In this document: positions 39,747 through 53,047 of the stretch, piece by piece
Numbering within the stretch: position 1 is the first letter of the stretch
Layout of the letters: each line of letters opens with the position of its first letter
Source of the DNA: Ascidiella aspersa
Lineage: Eukaryota
DNA length: 64,000 nucleotides
Assembly (NCBI GenBank): GCA_963924565.1
Contig: OZ004609.1
Location: 32,116,001-32,180,000 of the forward strand
Direction: 5' to 3'
Notes under the pieces: model-generated
What the model was told of the DNA's origin: nothing
Seen by the model: only the letters and a program-made list of their open reading frames with translations
The model's database searches: none
Made by a program: the position numbers and the translations under genes

Positions 39747-42700
39747 CTGAAGAAAAAGACACAGTCATGTTAAAATGAAGATTCAAAGCACTATTTTGAA
39801 ACCATGAAAATATTGGACTAAATTGCGTTTAAACACTGTTTTGGCTTAGAATTGGATGAGATTTATAAGTTTGACATTTCTAGGTGCGTTTGTAATCTAA
39901 AATTTCGCCTTAAACTCGCGTTGTCCATGACTAATCGTAGATTTAAGTCATAACAAAAGACTATACATGATGCCTATATATGATTTAATCAGGACGGTTT
40001 CTTAGGTCGTTGAAACCTTGTTTTTTAGGTCACGATGCGTTAGCTGCGCTTGCTGTTTTCCCGCCAGGCACCAGCAACAACTCTTTGCGGTTTACATACA
40101 GTATAGCTCATGTTATCTGTGTAAATGCAACGCGGATTAAAATGGTGGTCATCAACAAAAAGCCGCGTCATCCCCACGTGACTTGTCAAAAATCGCTGAC
40201 GCGTCATCGTCCAACGTCAAAATCGCATAACACACACAACACACGCCCACGCCTCCATGAATATATCACATGCAAAAAATACAACGACTTGCACTGGCAT
40301 TTCGCAACCAGCCAGCGACATATAAGGAAAATCGCCGCTAAGTCTCGATTTTTTGTCGCGATGCCAAGTTAAACCGATTCGCCCGGCAGACAATCGCCCT
40401 TCTAGGCTTGGCGTGTTTTCGTTTGACGTCGCTTCTTCTTAATTCGTTTAAGGCGATTTGAGAAGCAAGTCGAATGCAACAAGCTACCGAGGAAAGTGTA
40501 AACGCGGGCCCGGCTAAGCCGCTCTCTTGTTTGTACAATCACCTTGGCCAGAAAAATCCTCGCTCCGGCTACGTTTGTATACACACGCTGAAGAGCGAAA
40601 GGGCGCTAAAGACAATATTTGTCCGTAGCGGAGCCGCGCCTGAAAAGGCCAACAGTAAGGGTGACCGGCTCGGACCTTGGAAAAAACAACGGGCCACTCG
40701 ATCAGAGATAAGTGGTGCTAAGCTGACTCAACGCGTGGCGATTTATTTACTTAAGGGCGACTCTTGCAGCCAGCTGCGATGAGTGCTTTCTGGCGAATAT
40801 TAACTCCAGCACCGGTGCGTTTCGTTTCAGGCCAATTGTTCATTATTTTTTTTTACTTTTTTGTGGCCAAGTCGTGATCGTTTGAAGCTGGATCGAGAAC
40901 ACGTGTTATAAAACCGCATTGTTCGCTGTCGCGAGGCCATTGTCTCGTCGCGCGCGCTCCAAAAGGTGTTTTGTTTTGTTTTCTTAACAGGCGTCAAGCC
41001 AAACAAGTGGCCAACACAAAAGCTCCTTTTATGGCGTTGCAGATAATCGCAATTTAAATGCATTAAAAACAGCGACTGATCTGACCGCCGTTGTTCAAGT
41101 GGCTGCATTTAATGCACAATTAAGTCCCAAGCGCTGTTGAGACGTCAAAGCGTGCCAAGACTAGGGGCGCCTGGACGGTTGTTTCTACCCACCGCAGACC
41201 ACTGTGGGAGTATGTGAATTTATTATGATTATCAAACACCGCGAAATGATTTTCTCATGCGATCTTGTGTAAACACCAATCGCCATTTCCCCCTTAATGT
41301 TTACACCGCAATTAAACAAACGATCTCCCCTATTTCGAAGCGGGGCGATTTGGTTTGGGAAACTTGGGTAATAATCGCGGTTGGCGGCGTATTGTGCGCG
41401 CGTTTACGGAAAGCTCCAATGTTGGCCAAAATTCGGTGGGAAATCGACTCCAAAAAGAAAACCAAGAACAATGGAAAGCTCTGTTGGACGAAAAAAGCCA
41501 GACAGACACACAAAAGAGTCGGAAATTAATGACACTGTAATTTATTTTACCTATAGCCTAATTGCGAAAGCACGGGCGATTGTTTCACCGACGCGCCGCT
41601 TCTGTGCACACTGTGACGTCACACCGCTGTACAGAGTGACGTCACACCGTGAGGCAACGCAAAGGAAATGCGATTGCGCTTCCTAAAGGACGCAACAATG
41701 CCTATACGCGAGACTGTGGCCACAATAAACCGTAGAGGGAGAGGCCACTGTTGTCCCGGGGGAGGTTTAGCCCACATAGGTCCGGCTAGGAACGACAACT
41801 CATGTGAAAAGCGCCTATTGTGACGTCGAGGAAACGCCGGGCAACTTTCCCACCGTCCTTGCGAGGCTGTTAAACTGACCGGCGCAGGAAATCGATCGTA
41901 TAGTGAACCCCCACGTATACGACCCCATATACTGTGCTATACACACACGCACAGGACACAATAAAATGCGAGGTGATTCGTTTGTGTCGCGTCCACGTGT
42001 GCGGTTGGTCGCTTGTGTGGCGCGGAAGCGACAGGCGACACGATAAAAAAAGTCGAAATCGTAAAATCTCGCGTCGTTAAAAACACATTTAAACATCGCC
42101 CGTAAATTGCCAGGTGCCCCGCGCAGCTCTTGACTCACGAGCTAAAGCAATATAAATCGACGGCGACTTCAACTCCCTATAGGGTCCAGCGGTCTTCCGC
42201 CCTGCCCACGAAACCACACAGCTCCGACACTTGAAGCCTTAATGGCCATCAGCAGACGGCCAAGCCCGCAGCGAAACCAGCGCGGCGTTTAAAACAATTT
42301 GCGGCCAGATTTAATCGAGCAATTGCGCCTAATTCGACGTCTATTTTGGCGTATTACCAGCCAATTAACCTGCACATTTAAAGAGCTCAGTGGCCGGCTG
42401 GCGTGATAAACACGCGCCGCTTAGTTAGCAATTTCTAGTAATTTTCCTCGACCTATGAGCGCATTGTATATATATGGACATCGCCAAGCGATTACAGGGG
42501 TCTTTGCCCGTTTTAAATGGACCTTTACTGGCCAATGGAAGACGCTCGCCTGCAAAGATTAAAGTTCGCGCAGTCGTTTTAATCCGATTTGCTTCTGCCG
42601 AAATGCTCGGCCGCTCAAGCTTTTCCAAGACTGACTGCTGCCTTCACGACACGAGCTCGCCTCGCCCAAAGGGCCGGCCGTTTACAAAACACTGGCGGCG

Positions 42701-43114
42701 GGAGGCGAAATGATTGACTGTACACATTGCCGTGCGTAGTTATATAAATGCCCAATAAATCTGTGTGCAAACCGATTCCAAGTTAGAAGTAATTTTAACC
42801 AACTTTTAATACGCATATATATGCCTAATGTTTAACAAATATATTTTAAGTTCGCGGTAATTTTAGACAAACTGTAGTATTTACTGGCTCTACACAAATA
42901 TAGCAACTCTACACAAACTATGTGCAATCCTATTCTAAGTTCGCAGAAATTTTATTCATTTTTAACACGTACAGTAGTTAAATGTATGCCATATTAATGA
43001 TAAACAATCATATTCTGAGTTAGCGGTAATTTTAGACAGCGTTTTACCACAGTCGTTTTAAACTTAGTCGTGCGCCCATAAACATATTTTTTTGGTGTTA
43101 AAACATTTACTTAC

Positions 43115-43221
43115 TCAGGAGTCATGACGGTGTTCCAGTAGACGACGTGCTTCGTATTCGCCGTTTGACAAACTTGGGCCAAGGCCGCGATCACAATTGC
43201 TGACAGTAGAGAGGTATTCAT
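43115..43221 (-). CDS. Efna: Ephrin-A paralog 2, coding exon 1 (signal peptide + HVVYWN)
   Basis: MNTSLLSAIVIAALAQVCQTANTKHVVYWNTVMTP+GA|gtaagt; 107 nt, phase 2. An upstream acceptor gtttctttgcag| lies at 43279. Confidence 0.93.
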
Positions 43222-46200
43222 CTTCGTTTCGATTTTCTTTACAGTTTTAAATACTAATGTAAACTACTGTGATTTTCTCTGCAAAGAAACATAAGGCGCT
43301 GTCATTTGCGATGCATAATCACCTAATCAGGGTCAACAGTCAAGCTGAGGTAATCCATTCGAATCGAAAGTGTGCTTAAGTCTCGTAGAGCTGCAACTGT
43401 GAACTGATTAAATAGCAAAGCTAAATCCAACTGTCCTTGCCTCAATGTACTAAACAACTTATATTGATATTATTATTAAAACTTTAAATGCGTCTCATTG
43501 AGAGCTGCGACAACAATGATCTTAGTTCCTCGAAAACCACTCGAGGTACTACAACTTAGCTGTCTAGTCGCCACCAAATCACATGTCACTCGCCGAACTG
43601 CTCGACCACAAGTCTGTTTGCTTCGGTCGCTGCTCAGTCAATTTACCAGACCAATTGCCTTTTTCTCTCGTCCTTCTCGACGAGAGTTAATCGCCAATCT
43701 CTCTCTCTCGCGGGCGCGCAGTCCATGGCTAGTCGCCAGTCGTTGTCTTGCTGGCTATCGCCGAAGCCGATTCCTTATCAAAATATTTATGCTGTCGAGC
43801 GCGATTGCTGCGCGCAGCCATTATCGCCCGTCGTGACTTGGTTATTACCACAGCACCTGATATCGCTGGCGAGATAGCGAACGATTTCACGCCGTAATTT
43901 GCGCGTAAGCGTGTGCTGAGCCCGACCCAGTGCGTTCCCCTACATTAGCGGTTATATTTGGATTTAATTGCCTCGAAGCAGCGTTTTACTGTAAAGTTTG
44001 TTTTTGTCAAGGGTCACCTGCATATGCAATCGTAGATATGTTTTCGTACATTGGTATCTCTGCTGTAGTGCTGCAACACATTGCAAAAAATAAACCTACA
44101 TCATATTTATCAATTCAAATTTAAATAACACGCTTAAGCCACTGACAAAAACGCACTTTTTGGGCAATTTATTATTTTCGCTTTTGGGATTGTTAGGAAA
44201 TCTTTATTTTTGTTTTTTTTTACAATATTTTGGTCTTTTACACAATAATTTTTTTAACCAAAATGTACATTTAAACACTTTATATGAAAGTTAAAAGTAT
44301 AGTAAACCGTTGAAACATTTAGCGAAGTACAAAAAAATACCTATTTAAAAACTGTTTTTAAACCTAAAAGCGCGTAATCGTTCGATTAGCGATTCCTGCA
44401 AGTAAAACATATTCCCTAACTTCAAGATGGCTCCATTACGCCGAAATTAACTCGAGCGCGTGATAAGGTATGAAATTAACGGTTATCTTGGGACTTAATT
44501 GTGGCTGAAATTAGCCGACTTTGCCTCAAGCGACTTAACCAAAAAGTTAAAAGCATAACCTGTGAATCGGGCGCGCCTTGAGCGTCTAAGCCTCAATTGC
44601 TAATCCGGAGAAAAGCAATTATACAAGGACTAAGAACTCTATCGGGTAAGGTTATGTTCTTATTTTCCGGAACCGAAAAAATACGGTCTGTCAGCGGCGC
44701 TACATGCAAATGCTGTTTTCATAAACGCGCCGAAAAACGTGATGCCCTTCGAACTGCAGCGTTAGGTTAGAGACGCTTTACATAAACATATACCCGCTTG
44801 ATACTGGCGCCTTAAAAGTATACTCTTGCCGTGTGCGTGTAGAATATTAAAGGCGGCGCGGTTGAAATTCGCTATTGCTTGGTATTGGCTGCAGAACAGT
44901 CATCCCGATTAGTGTCACAGAAAAGAGCTTAGCATGCCTTTATCCCTCTGGTTACATAACAACAACCTACGTAGACTTGTTCACGGAGTTTCCGCCGCTG
45001 GAAGCCGGAACGCCGGTAAACTGTTTTCGGTACAAGCGCCTTACACTTGTATCCGCGCCGGGCGCCTTCGTTTGTATATTGTGGGGCTTGCAAGCTGCGA
45101 TATATCGGGCTGCCGCGCCTCGAAATAGGCGCTTACTGGACACGAGAGTCGCAATCCCCGGAATTGTGCTGCATTTGGGCCGGGGAAAGTTGCAAAAAAT
45201 AACGCCCGAATGGCGCAATATCACGATGACGATTCAGTTATTGAAGCGATACAAAATCTATTTAAAACAGTTGTTCTCAAAATGGGGCCTGTGAGGTAAT
45301 TTCAAGGGGCCCAACATATTTGAATTTCATTGGCTGAAAAACTTAATGGACCTAAACACAACCTTGTGATTAAGCTTTTTAACTTGTGTCGTTTGCCACC
45401 AAACCTTCAGGTTTAATGATTTGAAAAATATTTGTCGCACAGTGTTTGTTTTAAGGTGGTTTAAAACGGACCAAAACGGTCTCTCACATTTTATTCAACG
45501 GTCACTCAAAATACAGTCTACTTTCCGTGAGTAGAGCAGGGAACTACAGCAAGCAGCTACATACTTAAATGAAATACACGTTAAACAAATCTGTTAAAGT
45601 TCAACAATGGAAGGTTCGTAGAACGAAAGCGTGGCCAGCTGATCATAGGCTCGCTTGCAAGTTACAAGGCCGAATCGCGAGCACGGACAATGGGACTTGG
45701 CGCTATAGGAGTGTTTTTTTCCGCAGGTGCGCCAGCAACGCGAAAGCGCGCGATGCAGAAATCGAACGATTGTGACGTCACTGAAGGCTAATCCCGGTGT
45801 TGTCGCGCATCGGCCGAGCGTCGCCGGTAAACAAGCGATCGCGGATTTGTCGCGACGCGCAAAATAAAAAAAATCGCAGCGCCTTGTTTTTTCTTCTATA
45901 TGTTTTACTTTCGCCCGCTTAATGGCCTCCTGAATGACAAGCGGTAACACCCTGGGGAATTTCCCGCCGCCGAACTGGCGTTTCAGAAATCCGAGCGGCT
46001 AAACGTTTGCGACAGCGTTGGGCCAAAAAAAAATCGAGTTTCGGAACACCACGTGGCGTGCCAAGGTCACCCGATCCGCTGCCAAGGTCGCGTCGTTCTG
46101 TGCGGATCAACCGGCCGTAATCGCGGATCGAATTCGCTCCGAATCGAATTGCTGTTGCTTGTGTCTTTTTTCGAAGAAAACCAGAGCTTTTTAAAGTCTG

Positions 46201-48413
46201 GGAAAAGTTTGTTTCGGACTTTGCCCGGTCCAGTGAAAATCACCAATTGCGCGTGTATAAGGGATATTTTAAATCAACGTTCAAGTGATTTTGGAATTTT
46301 TTTATTAATAAAGTTCTCTGGCAAAAATACTTTTGTAGAATATGTTTTTCGACTGACAAAACTCCCCTAAATGTTTTTACCGAAATTTCCATAACCCACT
46401 TTAGTACCTATAGGCAGTTGCAAGTTTCAGGGCACTGTAGTTGACTTGTACACGCGTTAGGGATATCTTTTGGTTGAAAAGCTTAAAAAAAAAATTTTTT
46501 GTAAGCGTACAAAAACTTACGATGAAATATGAAACTACCTTGGCCACACTTTTTATTAACTACGCAAAGAATTCTTTAGATTTCTAGAAGCACAAGTGGA
46601 TGGACTTTAGAAAAAATAAATAAACAAATAACAGCAAACTTCCGTTTGAACATTTTCTTAGACGGCGCAAATTAAACGCCGATATCCTGTTTGCGATCAA
46701 ATAAAGTATTGTACGACAAATGCTAGATAAAACACATCAATTCCATTCGTGTCAGTGGTGTAGAAGTATAGGGTTAACAACTTGAATCTAATTGATTTCC
46801 AGTGAGCGCGGTAACCGATCGCTTTGTAGCCTTTCCGCAGCTGCGGTACACGGTCGTTACCTAGAAAGCTTCCATTGAAAGCAGGCGCGCAACCTCATAT
46901 TAGCAAGTCGTTATGGCGATCGCCTCGTTAGGCATCGCTTTCCAATCGACTCGTCAAAACTTTTACCCACGCTCGCGTTCACTTGTTTTTATTGCACCCG
47001 ATCAAGATTTAACGGGCGCCCAAGTCGTAAGCGGGACCCATCTTCGCTCGTAAACGGGCACGCGCGATTATGCAGCAGTACATGAGTACACAAGGCACTA
47101 TACTATAGGGCCCTCGCAACTTACAAGCGATTAGTCGGGATTAATTCCTTCTGCCCCAATTACCAGCTAACTGCCGTCGACGCCTTTAAACAAACTCTCT
47201 CTCGCCGAAAAAACTCTTGCGCCGCCCGAAAGCACTTTTCCAGCTGGGCTGTCTGCCGTTGTGTGTTGTTCTTTCTGTCTCGCACAAAACATTGGCAATT
47301 AAATGTCCCATACAAATTCGATGGCTTTAATGTTGAGAAAACAATCGTAACGTGCGCTAAATTTATTTGACCACCATTCAGTCGCCATTGTTGTCATTGA
47401 AATGCCAAAGTGTCGGCTAACTAATTTCCCTGTTTTCAATAAAAAGGATTGTTCGCCTTGATTTGGAGGCAAACCTTAAGAAAATTGATTAGAAATACTC
47501 GTTGAAGCGTAAGTTAAAATTATGTCTTTTACGCCACCTGGCGTCAATACTTTATTGGTCTGTGACAGTGAGACAACACTCAGGTATCAGCATCGAATCG
47601 TCACATGTTCTATGGCCCGTACTATTTGGTTTAGAATGATTGTTCGCAATCGAAAATTGAAAAGGTCACCGTGAATTGACAGAATTTTTAAAACTTAAGG
47701 CAACACTTTTTAAATTATTTTTATATATTTGGGCACGTTTGTTCATTTCAATTTAAACTCCCTTTAAAGTTCGTTAGTGTTAATAAATAAAGGCGTATGA
47801 TTTTAAAATTATTGCTAAGCACCAGTTTGAAAAAATTAGGGGTCAATAAGCTTGATCATTTTTTGAACGTAATCCGAGACTATACATAGGGTTTGAAATT
47901 ACTGGTTTAAATAGACATTTTTGTTTGTATGTTTCACAGTTTATTATAAACTGCACAAAATCTGTAATGGGAATGAATATGATAATATAAAGACAATTAT
48001 ATCGGTGCGAAAACGTACGACTCTACAGTTACAAACACCAAGTATACACGTTCCTAATCGAAGTTCGTGTGATTTTCTTTGTGTTTGCATATAATTTCCT
48101 CCTAATTGATTTAAACAAACTGCAAAGCTTATGCCTTTGTGGAACGCCATTGGGCACCTTGTAATTGGACTTGTTGAGTAGACCATTTCTATATCGTATT
48201 GCTTTTGCCCGTGGATTTAGCGAGACAAATTCTCCCCTATCCGCCACAATGTCATCTTCCGTTTCCGCACCTGCATAATAGAAAACAAACATCGAGCAAG
48301 TTCAGCTCGATGGCACAATAATTGGACGATAAATCTGTTGCAGGGAGCAAATATTATTGTGTGCTTTACACCCGGCGTGTTAATCGTCCATGGAGCAACG
48401 CCACCCAAGCTCT

Positions 48414-48600
48414 TATCTCATCAAGTTTCGTCGTGTTGTCGTAAATTATATCTACGACCGCTTATCAGATTATTATCAGTTAAGCGAGCGTAATGACGAA
48501 GATAGGCAGCCTTATCGGTGATCGAGGCTGGTATATTGTGGCAGATATTGGCGCGCGATAAACTGTTCGTCAATTTGCAACCTGCGCAGCCCAATTTATC
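48414..48600. promoter_or_regulatory. Dense GATA-site cluster, candidate enhancer of ephrin paralog 2
   Basis: Nine GATA/TATC cores in 187 bp (48414, 48449, 48463, 48474, 48501, 48513, 48544, 48557, 48597), plus flanking ones at 48328 and 48661. Confidence 0.55.
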
Positions 48601-50108
48601 AAGTTTTCGACACACTGGCGTTTTCTGCGTGAATGTCAGTGCTAATCGGGCAGAAATGTTGATACAACAGGTGCAATGGACTTGGGCGATTTCATGGACC
48701 AAGAGTGGACAAACTGCAACTCTCAACATATTTTGTGTGACTCATTTAGCTAAATAGTATTAACCATTATGATTTTTACACAGCTACGTAACAACTGGTT
48801 TACCCACTGTGATGCGAAACTTTTGAAAAAGTTTGCTGGACCATACGACGCACCCATACCTATAGAAGTTTTACTAATTTTCACTAAAATTCGTACACGA
48901 AACTCAATTTATTTACTGCTTGTTGAAGAAAACTATAATCCATTTGCAGTAGATGCGAAACGGAATAACTATATAACGCCATTAAAAAAACTAAAACGAC
49001 GTCGCGACGCTCAGTTTGAGGACCTCTGCTGAACATTGTAGTGTGACCGCTTCAAATAACCAAACCAGATTAATATTTGGTTGTTACAATAAGAGCACCG
49101 TTTGTTAAACCTCCATAATTGCGTGATTTGTGATCATTACTGACTTGTCTGTAATTGTGTTACAGACAAGTCAGACATTGTGACCCCTACAATGGCCTAC
49201 ACCCCAGTACAAAATTTCACCACACGTTAATACACTCTACTATGCTATTGTTTATTACAATACTCTATTCAAAATGCGACCCGCGAGCTGAAAAGTTTGC
49301 CCACCCCTGTAAAACAGACTCTTGTTAATTTGTCAAAACCGAACCAGACCAGTCATAAATTACTCATCAAACTCGGGACAGTTGAACAACAAAGGTCTAT
49401 TCTTCGAAATTTAATGGCGCCAATTTCGGTTAATAATTAATAAGTAAGGACACCACAGTCGTCTGACGTGCTTTATGTATTCAATATAGGCTAACCGCCC
49501 GACTGATAAATATATGCAGCAACTATTGCGTATTCCTTTATTAAAACTTGACGTTTTCATTGCTCGTATACGCTGACTCGTATTACCCACACTAAATTGG
49601 CTTTTAATGATTTATATACGACACTGCGGTATCCTATGTTGAATGATTTTACTCAACCGACAAGCTGGCAGTTTTCAACGCTTTACATCGCGTGATTAAA
49701 ATTAGAGGAGTAAATTGTCGCATCGTTTGCCATTTTCGCGTTAATTGCTTTCAATTGGCTGTCAGAAAAAAAAGCCTATGCTACCAAATCTTAATGTATA
49801 TTTTTTTTTGGACAAAAATGATGTTACCTTATTATTTTGCGATTTTCAAATACCATCATTTTTAGATATAAAGACAAATGCCGCAATTTTGTTGCGCTGT
49901 TTTAAATATTTGACGCGATATTAACACGAGTCGCATTGTGCATAAAATGTTAAACAACTTGTCGAAAGCCTGTAATGCTGAATTGTTGCATATCGAAACA
50001 ACCTAAAACAGCACAATTACATTATACAAGGTGTTGAATAAGGCGTGATGTTTGAATACCGACAAGCGGCGAAGAATCTAGTCTCAATTTTGCCGCTGTT
50101 ACCCCGTG

Positions 50109-50181
50109 GCCTCGATGGCGCAGTAGGCAGCGCGTGAGTCTCATAATCTCAAGGTCGTGAGTTCGATCCTCACTCGGGGCA
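50109..50181 (+). tRNA. trnM: tRNA-Met (CAT), elongator type
   Basis: GCCTCGA TG GCGC AGTAGGCA GCGC G TGAGT CT CAT AA TCTCA AGGTC GTGAG TTCGATC CTCAC TCGGGGC A folds as a 73-nt cloverleaf with anticodon CAT at 50142-50144. The G1:C72 pair and TTCG T-loop argue against an initiator tRNA. A TTTT Pol III terminator follows at 50185. Confidence 0.97.
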
Positions 50182-51647
50182 CTCTTTTGCTTTATCGTTT
50201 TTTGTGCTTTACAAATCAACGATATTTTTGTTTGTAGTAAATACTTGAAAAAAATCTGAATATTTGTCTTCTCTATTACTTGTTGCGATGTTGACATGGT
50301 CACTAATTAGTTAACCACTTTTTTTCACATATCTTACGTTTCGACCTCTTTCATCAAAGTATTTTTAGTTAGCCACCCAACTTTATTAATCTAGAGTCCA
50401 CAATTAGGTGTAAAGTGGCTGCACGGCAAAATAATTAACACAGAAACCAAGTTCATATTTTAAATCGTAGAGCAAATACGGTTTCAACACTCACAGTGCT
50501 TTTGGTATTAGGAATTGACTCAAACTATGAAGCCACATTGAACACATTTGCATTGATCAAAGACCGTAATACACCACTAGAATCTACTGCTAGATGTCGA
50601 AAAAGTAGGCCAAGCAAAGAGATTATATAACCTACACTTCAGCAAGGAAACATCTCTTGAAACAATAATGACATACACTCCTTTGAAACTCTTGCTGACA
50701 GCACAATACATATCGTTATGCTTTGTGATGTACCGATCCGATATGCGATTGACAGTCTTAAAATGGTGTTTCATAGTTCTAGATCTAGAATTCCTAAAAC
50801 GCTGAAAATTTGCCATTGGTCTAAGAACAATAAACACATAAGGATTTAAATCTAAAAAATGTATAATTAGTTATTTGAAAAAAGTGGTTTAGCTTCTATT
50901 TGCCCCAACCAAGATTTAAAAACTTAGCCAAAGTGCACTTCCAACTAAACTACTGTTTAGGACGCACTGTCACAGGCTATAAGCTATACCGAAGTTAGGC
51001 TATCGTTGTACGTCAATATCGCATAATGTAGTGATGGTTAAGGAATTTGTAGTTGGCAATTTTGTGGGGAGTGTAAGAAATTTTTAGAGACATATAACCA
51101 ATACAAGATGTACATGGTATCATATAGTTCGTATTTGACCAGAAAACGTTGCTATTTAAGGCCTCTTTTTAACTGAAGTAAAACAAGAAATAGAAACGTA
51201 ATGCCCTGCTAATACACTTTATAAATACACCCTGCTAATACACTTTATGAAATATCTTGTCTGCTCACATAAAGTGTGGTTAAATCTGTCTCTGTAAATC
51301 TGTCTTAATTTCGTATATTGGATATACGATATTTACAAATTTTGTAAAAAATAAAAAAAATTTGAAGTGAAGTTGGTTAAACCGGATTGGTTTAATTAAT
51401 GAAAATCGAAAGCAAAACAGACGAATTTGAAATTATATTTTGCACGATTCGAAACGTAGTACAGATCTTCAGTCAGCAAAATTGCACATTGAAATAACAT
51501 TAGTTAATGTTAAGCGGAACTTTTTATCTATTCGCGTGGGTGGATGAAGCTCTGTGTCATATTAGGTGATAAAATATACGTTTACTGCGACAGCCAATGA
51601 AACTCTTTGCACAAAATGAAGCAAAAAAATAGCAGCATATATTAGAC

Positions 51648-51882
51648 CAGGGTGGTCCAAACCCAGGCTCGCGAGCCAAATGTGGCCAGCGACATCATTG
51701 TGTCATTTAATGATTTCCAAAAATATCAATAGTGTACGGCTTGTTCGTTTATGGATAAAATATCTTGTTTAACTACCAATTAGTCTGAAAACAATTTTTT
51801 AGAACTGCAGCCCAATGTGTGTGGCCCGCGTACAATATAGATATAATATTGTGGGTGGTGGTGGCTACATTGGACCACCCTG
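51648..51882. mobile_element. Charlie/Buster-like hAT MITE
   Basis: Perfect 13-bp TIR CAGGGTGGTCCAA/TTGGACCACCCTG with GGCCCGCG-type subterminal motifs. Confidence 0.85.
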
Positions 51883-53047
51883 TTTAGAATTGTATTTTAC
51901 TCCAAAGGTTCATGTGTTTGAAGTTACATGTCTTTAAAGCGGCAAGTTTTTTTGATGTTGGATTCTAACAGTGAAACATGCGGCGATTTGTTACAAGGAA
52001 ATATTGCTAAGCATCAGAAACACTAGAAAAACGCAATGCACAGTAACAAATTATCAAACGAGCATTGCACTGCAGAATAGCATACCGATAAAATATTTTC
52101 ACTTTCAGAAACGTCACCAAAATAGCGCTTTAACACAAAACAATGTTGCATGATAGTCAGTTCACTATTTCACCCATTACCCAAATCAACAAAACAAGTA
52201 CTTTTTAGCAGCGCTCTTTGGTATCTGGCAAAAATGTGGACGACATATAGGCTGGACGTTAATGGTTTATAAGGGGTGTATTCTGGAAGCATATTCAAAA
52301 TATCAAAATCCGCTTTTTAGTATTACAATCAGTTGTCAATGTTTTAATTTTTACGGTTTTATCACAAGAAGTACATCTAAAATGAATGATTTTTTGGAAA
52401 TGGTTTTCGCGCCTATGTCTTACTTGAATTTTTAAATTAAGCAATGATTTTGGCTATACGACTTCACAAAATAGCAAAAAAGTTATTTAAAACCATAAAA
52501 ATGAACAAACCGCGGAGAAAAGCATAATCCGCATTATAGGTGTGCAGTAAAAACTAACAAAAGCGCTTATTTCGTAAACAAATTCGTACAAACAGCCAAC
52601 TAATCAGTTGTAAATCAAAACATGAAACTACAGTATTATAGGCACGTTGTAAATTGGCACCAGACACGTTTGCTATTTGGATCCAATGCAAAAGTAAACC
52701 TTATATCAACAGTAAACTGCACATATTTATGTTACACCTCGGAATTCAGTCATCTTTAGAAAATACGAAGTTTTAAATAGCAAGAGTTGCATATTTACCA
52801 ACGTAACATAACGTTTCGTATCGCTGTGTCTCATTTGTTATTAAACTGCAAACCTGTTAACCGCGTTAGGAAAAAGAAGTGACTATAATCAAGTTAAAAT
52901 ACCAGCCAAATCTAGCTTTGAAAATGATATATTGCCATAATCGGCGAGAAACTATTCAAATCATCCGCTTTACTGCCAACGCAAGTAATTTAAACAGATT
53001 TTTGGCCATACGTAAGTGGCTGTTCTCTATTTGCAGTCTGTGGTAAG

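Noticed and set aside
50022-50303. 93-aa minus-strand ORF
   Set aside because: It is the antisense reading of the tRNA-Met gene.
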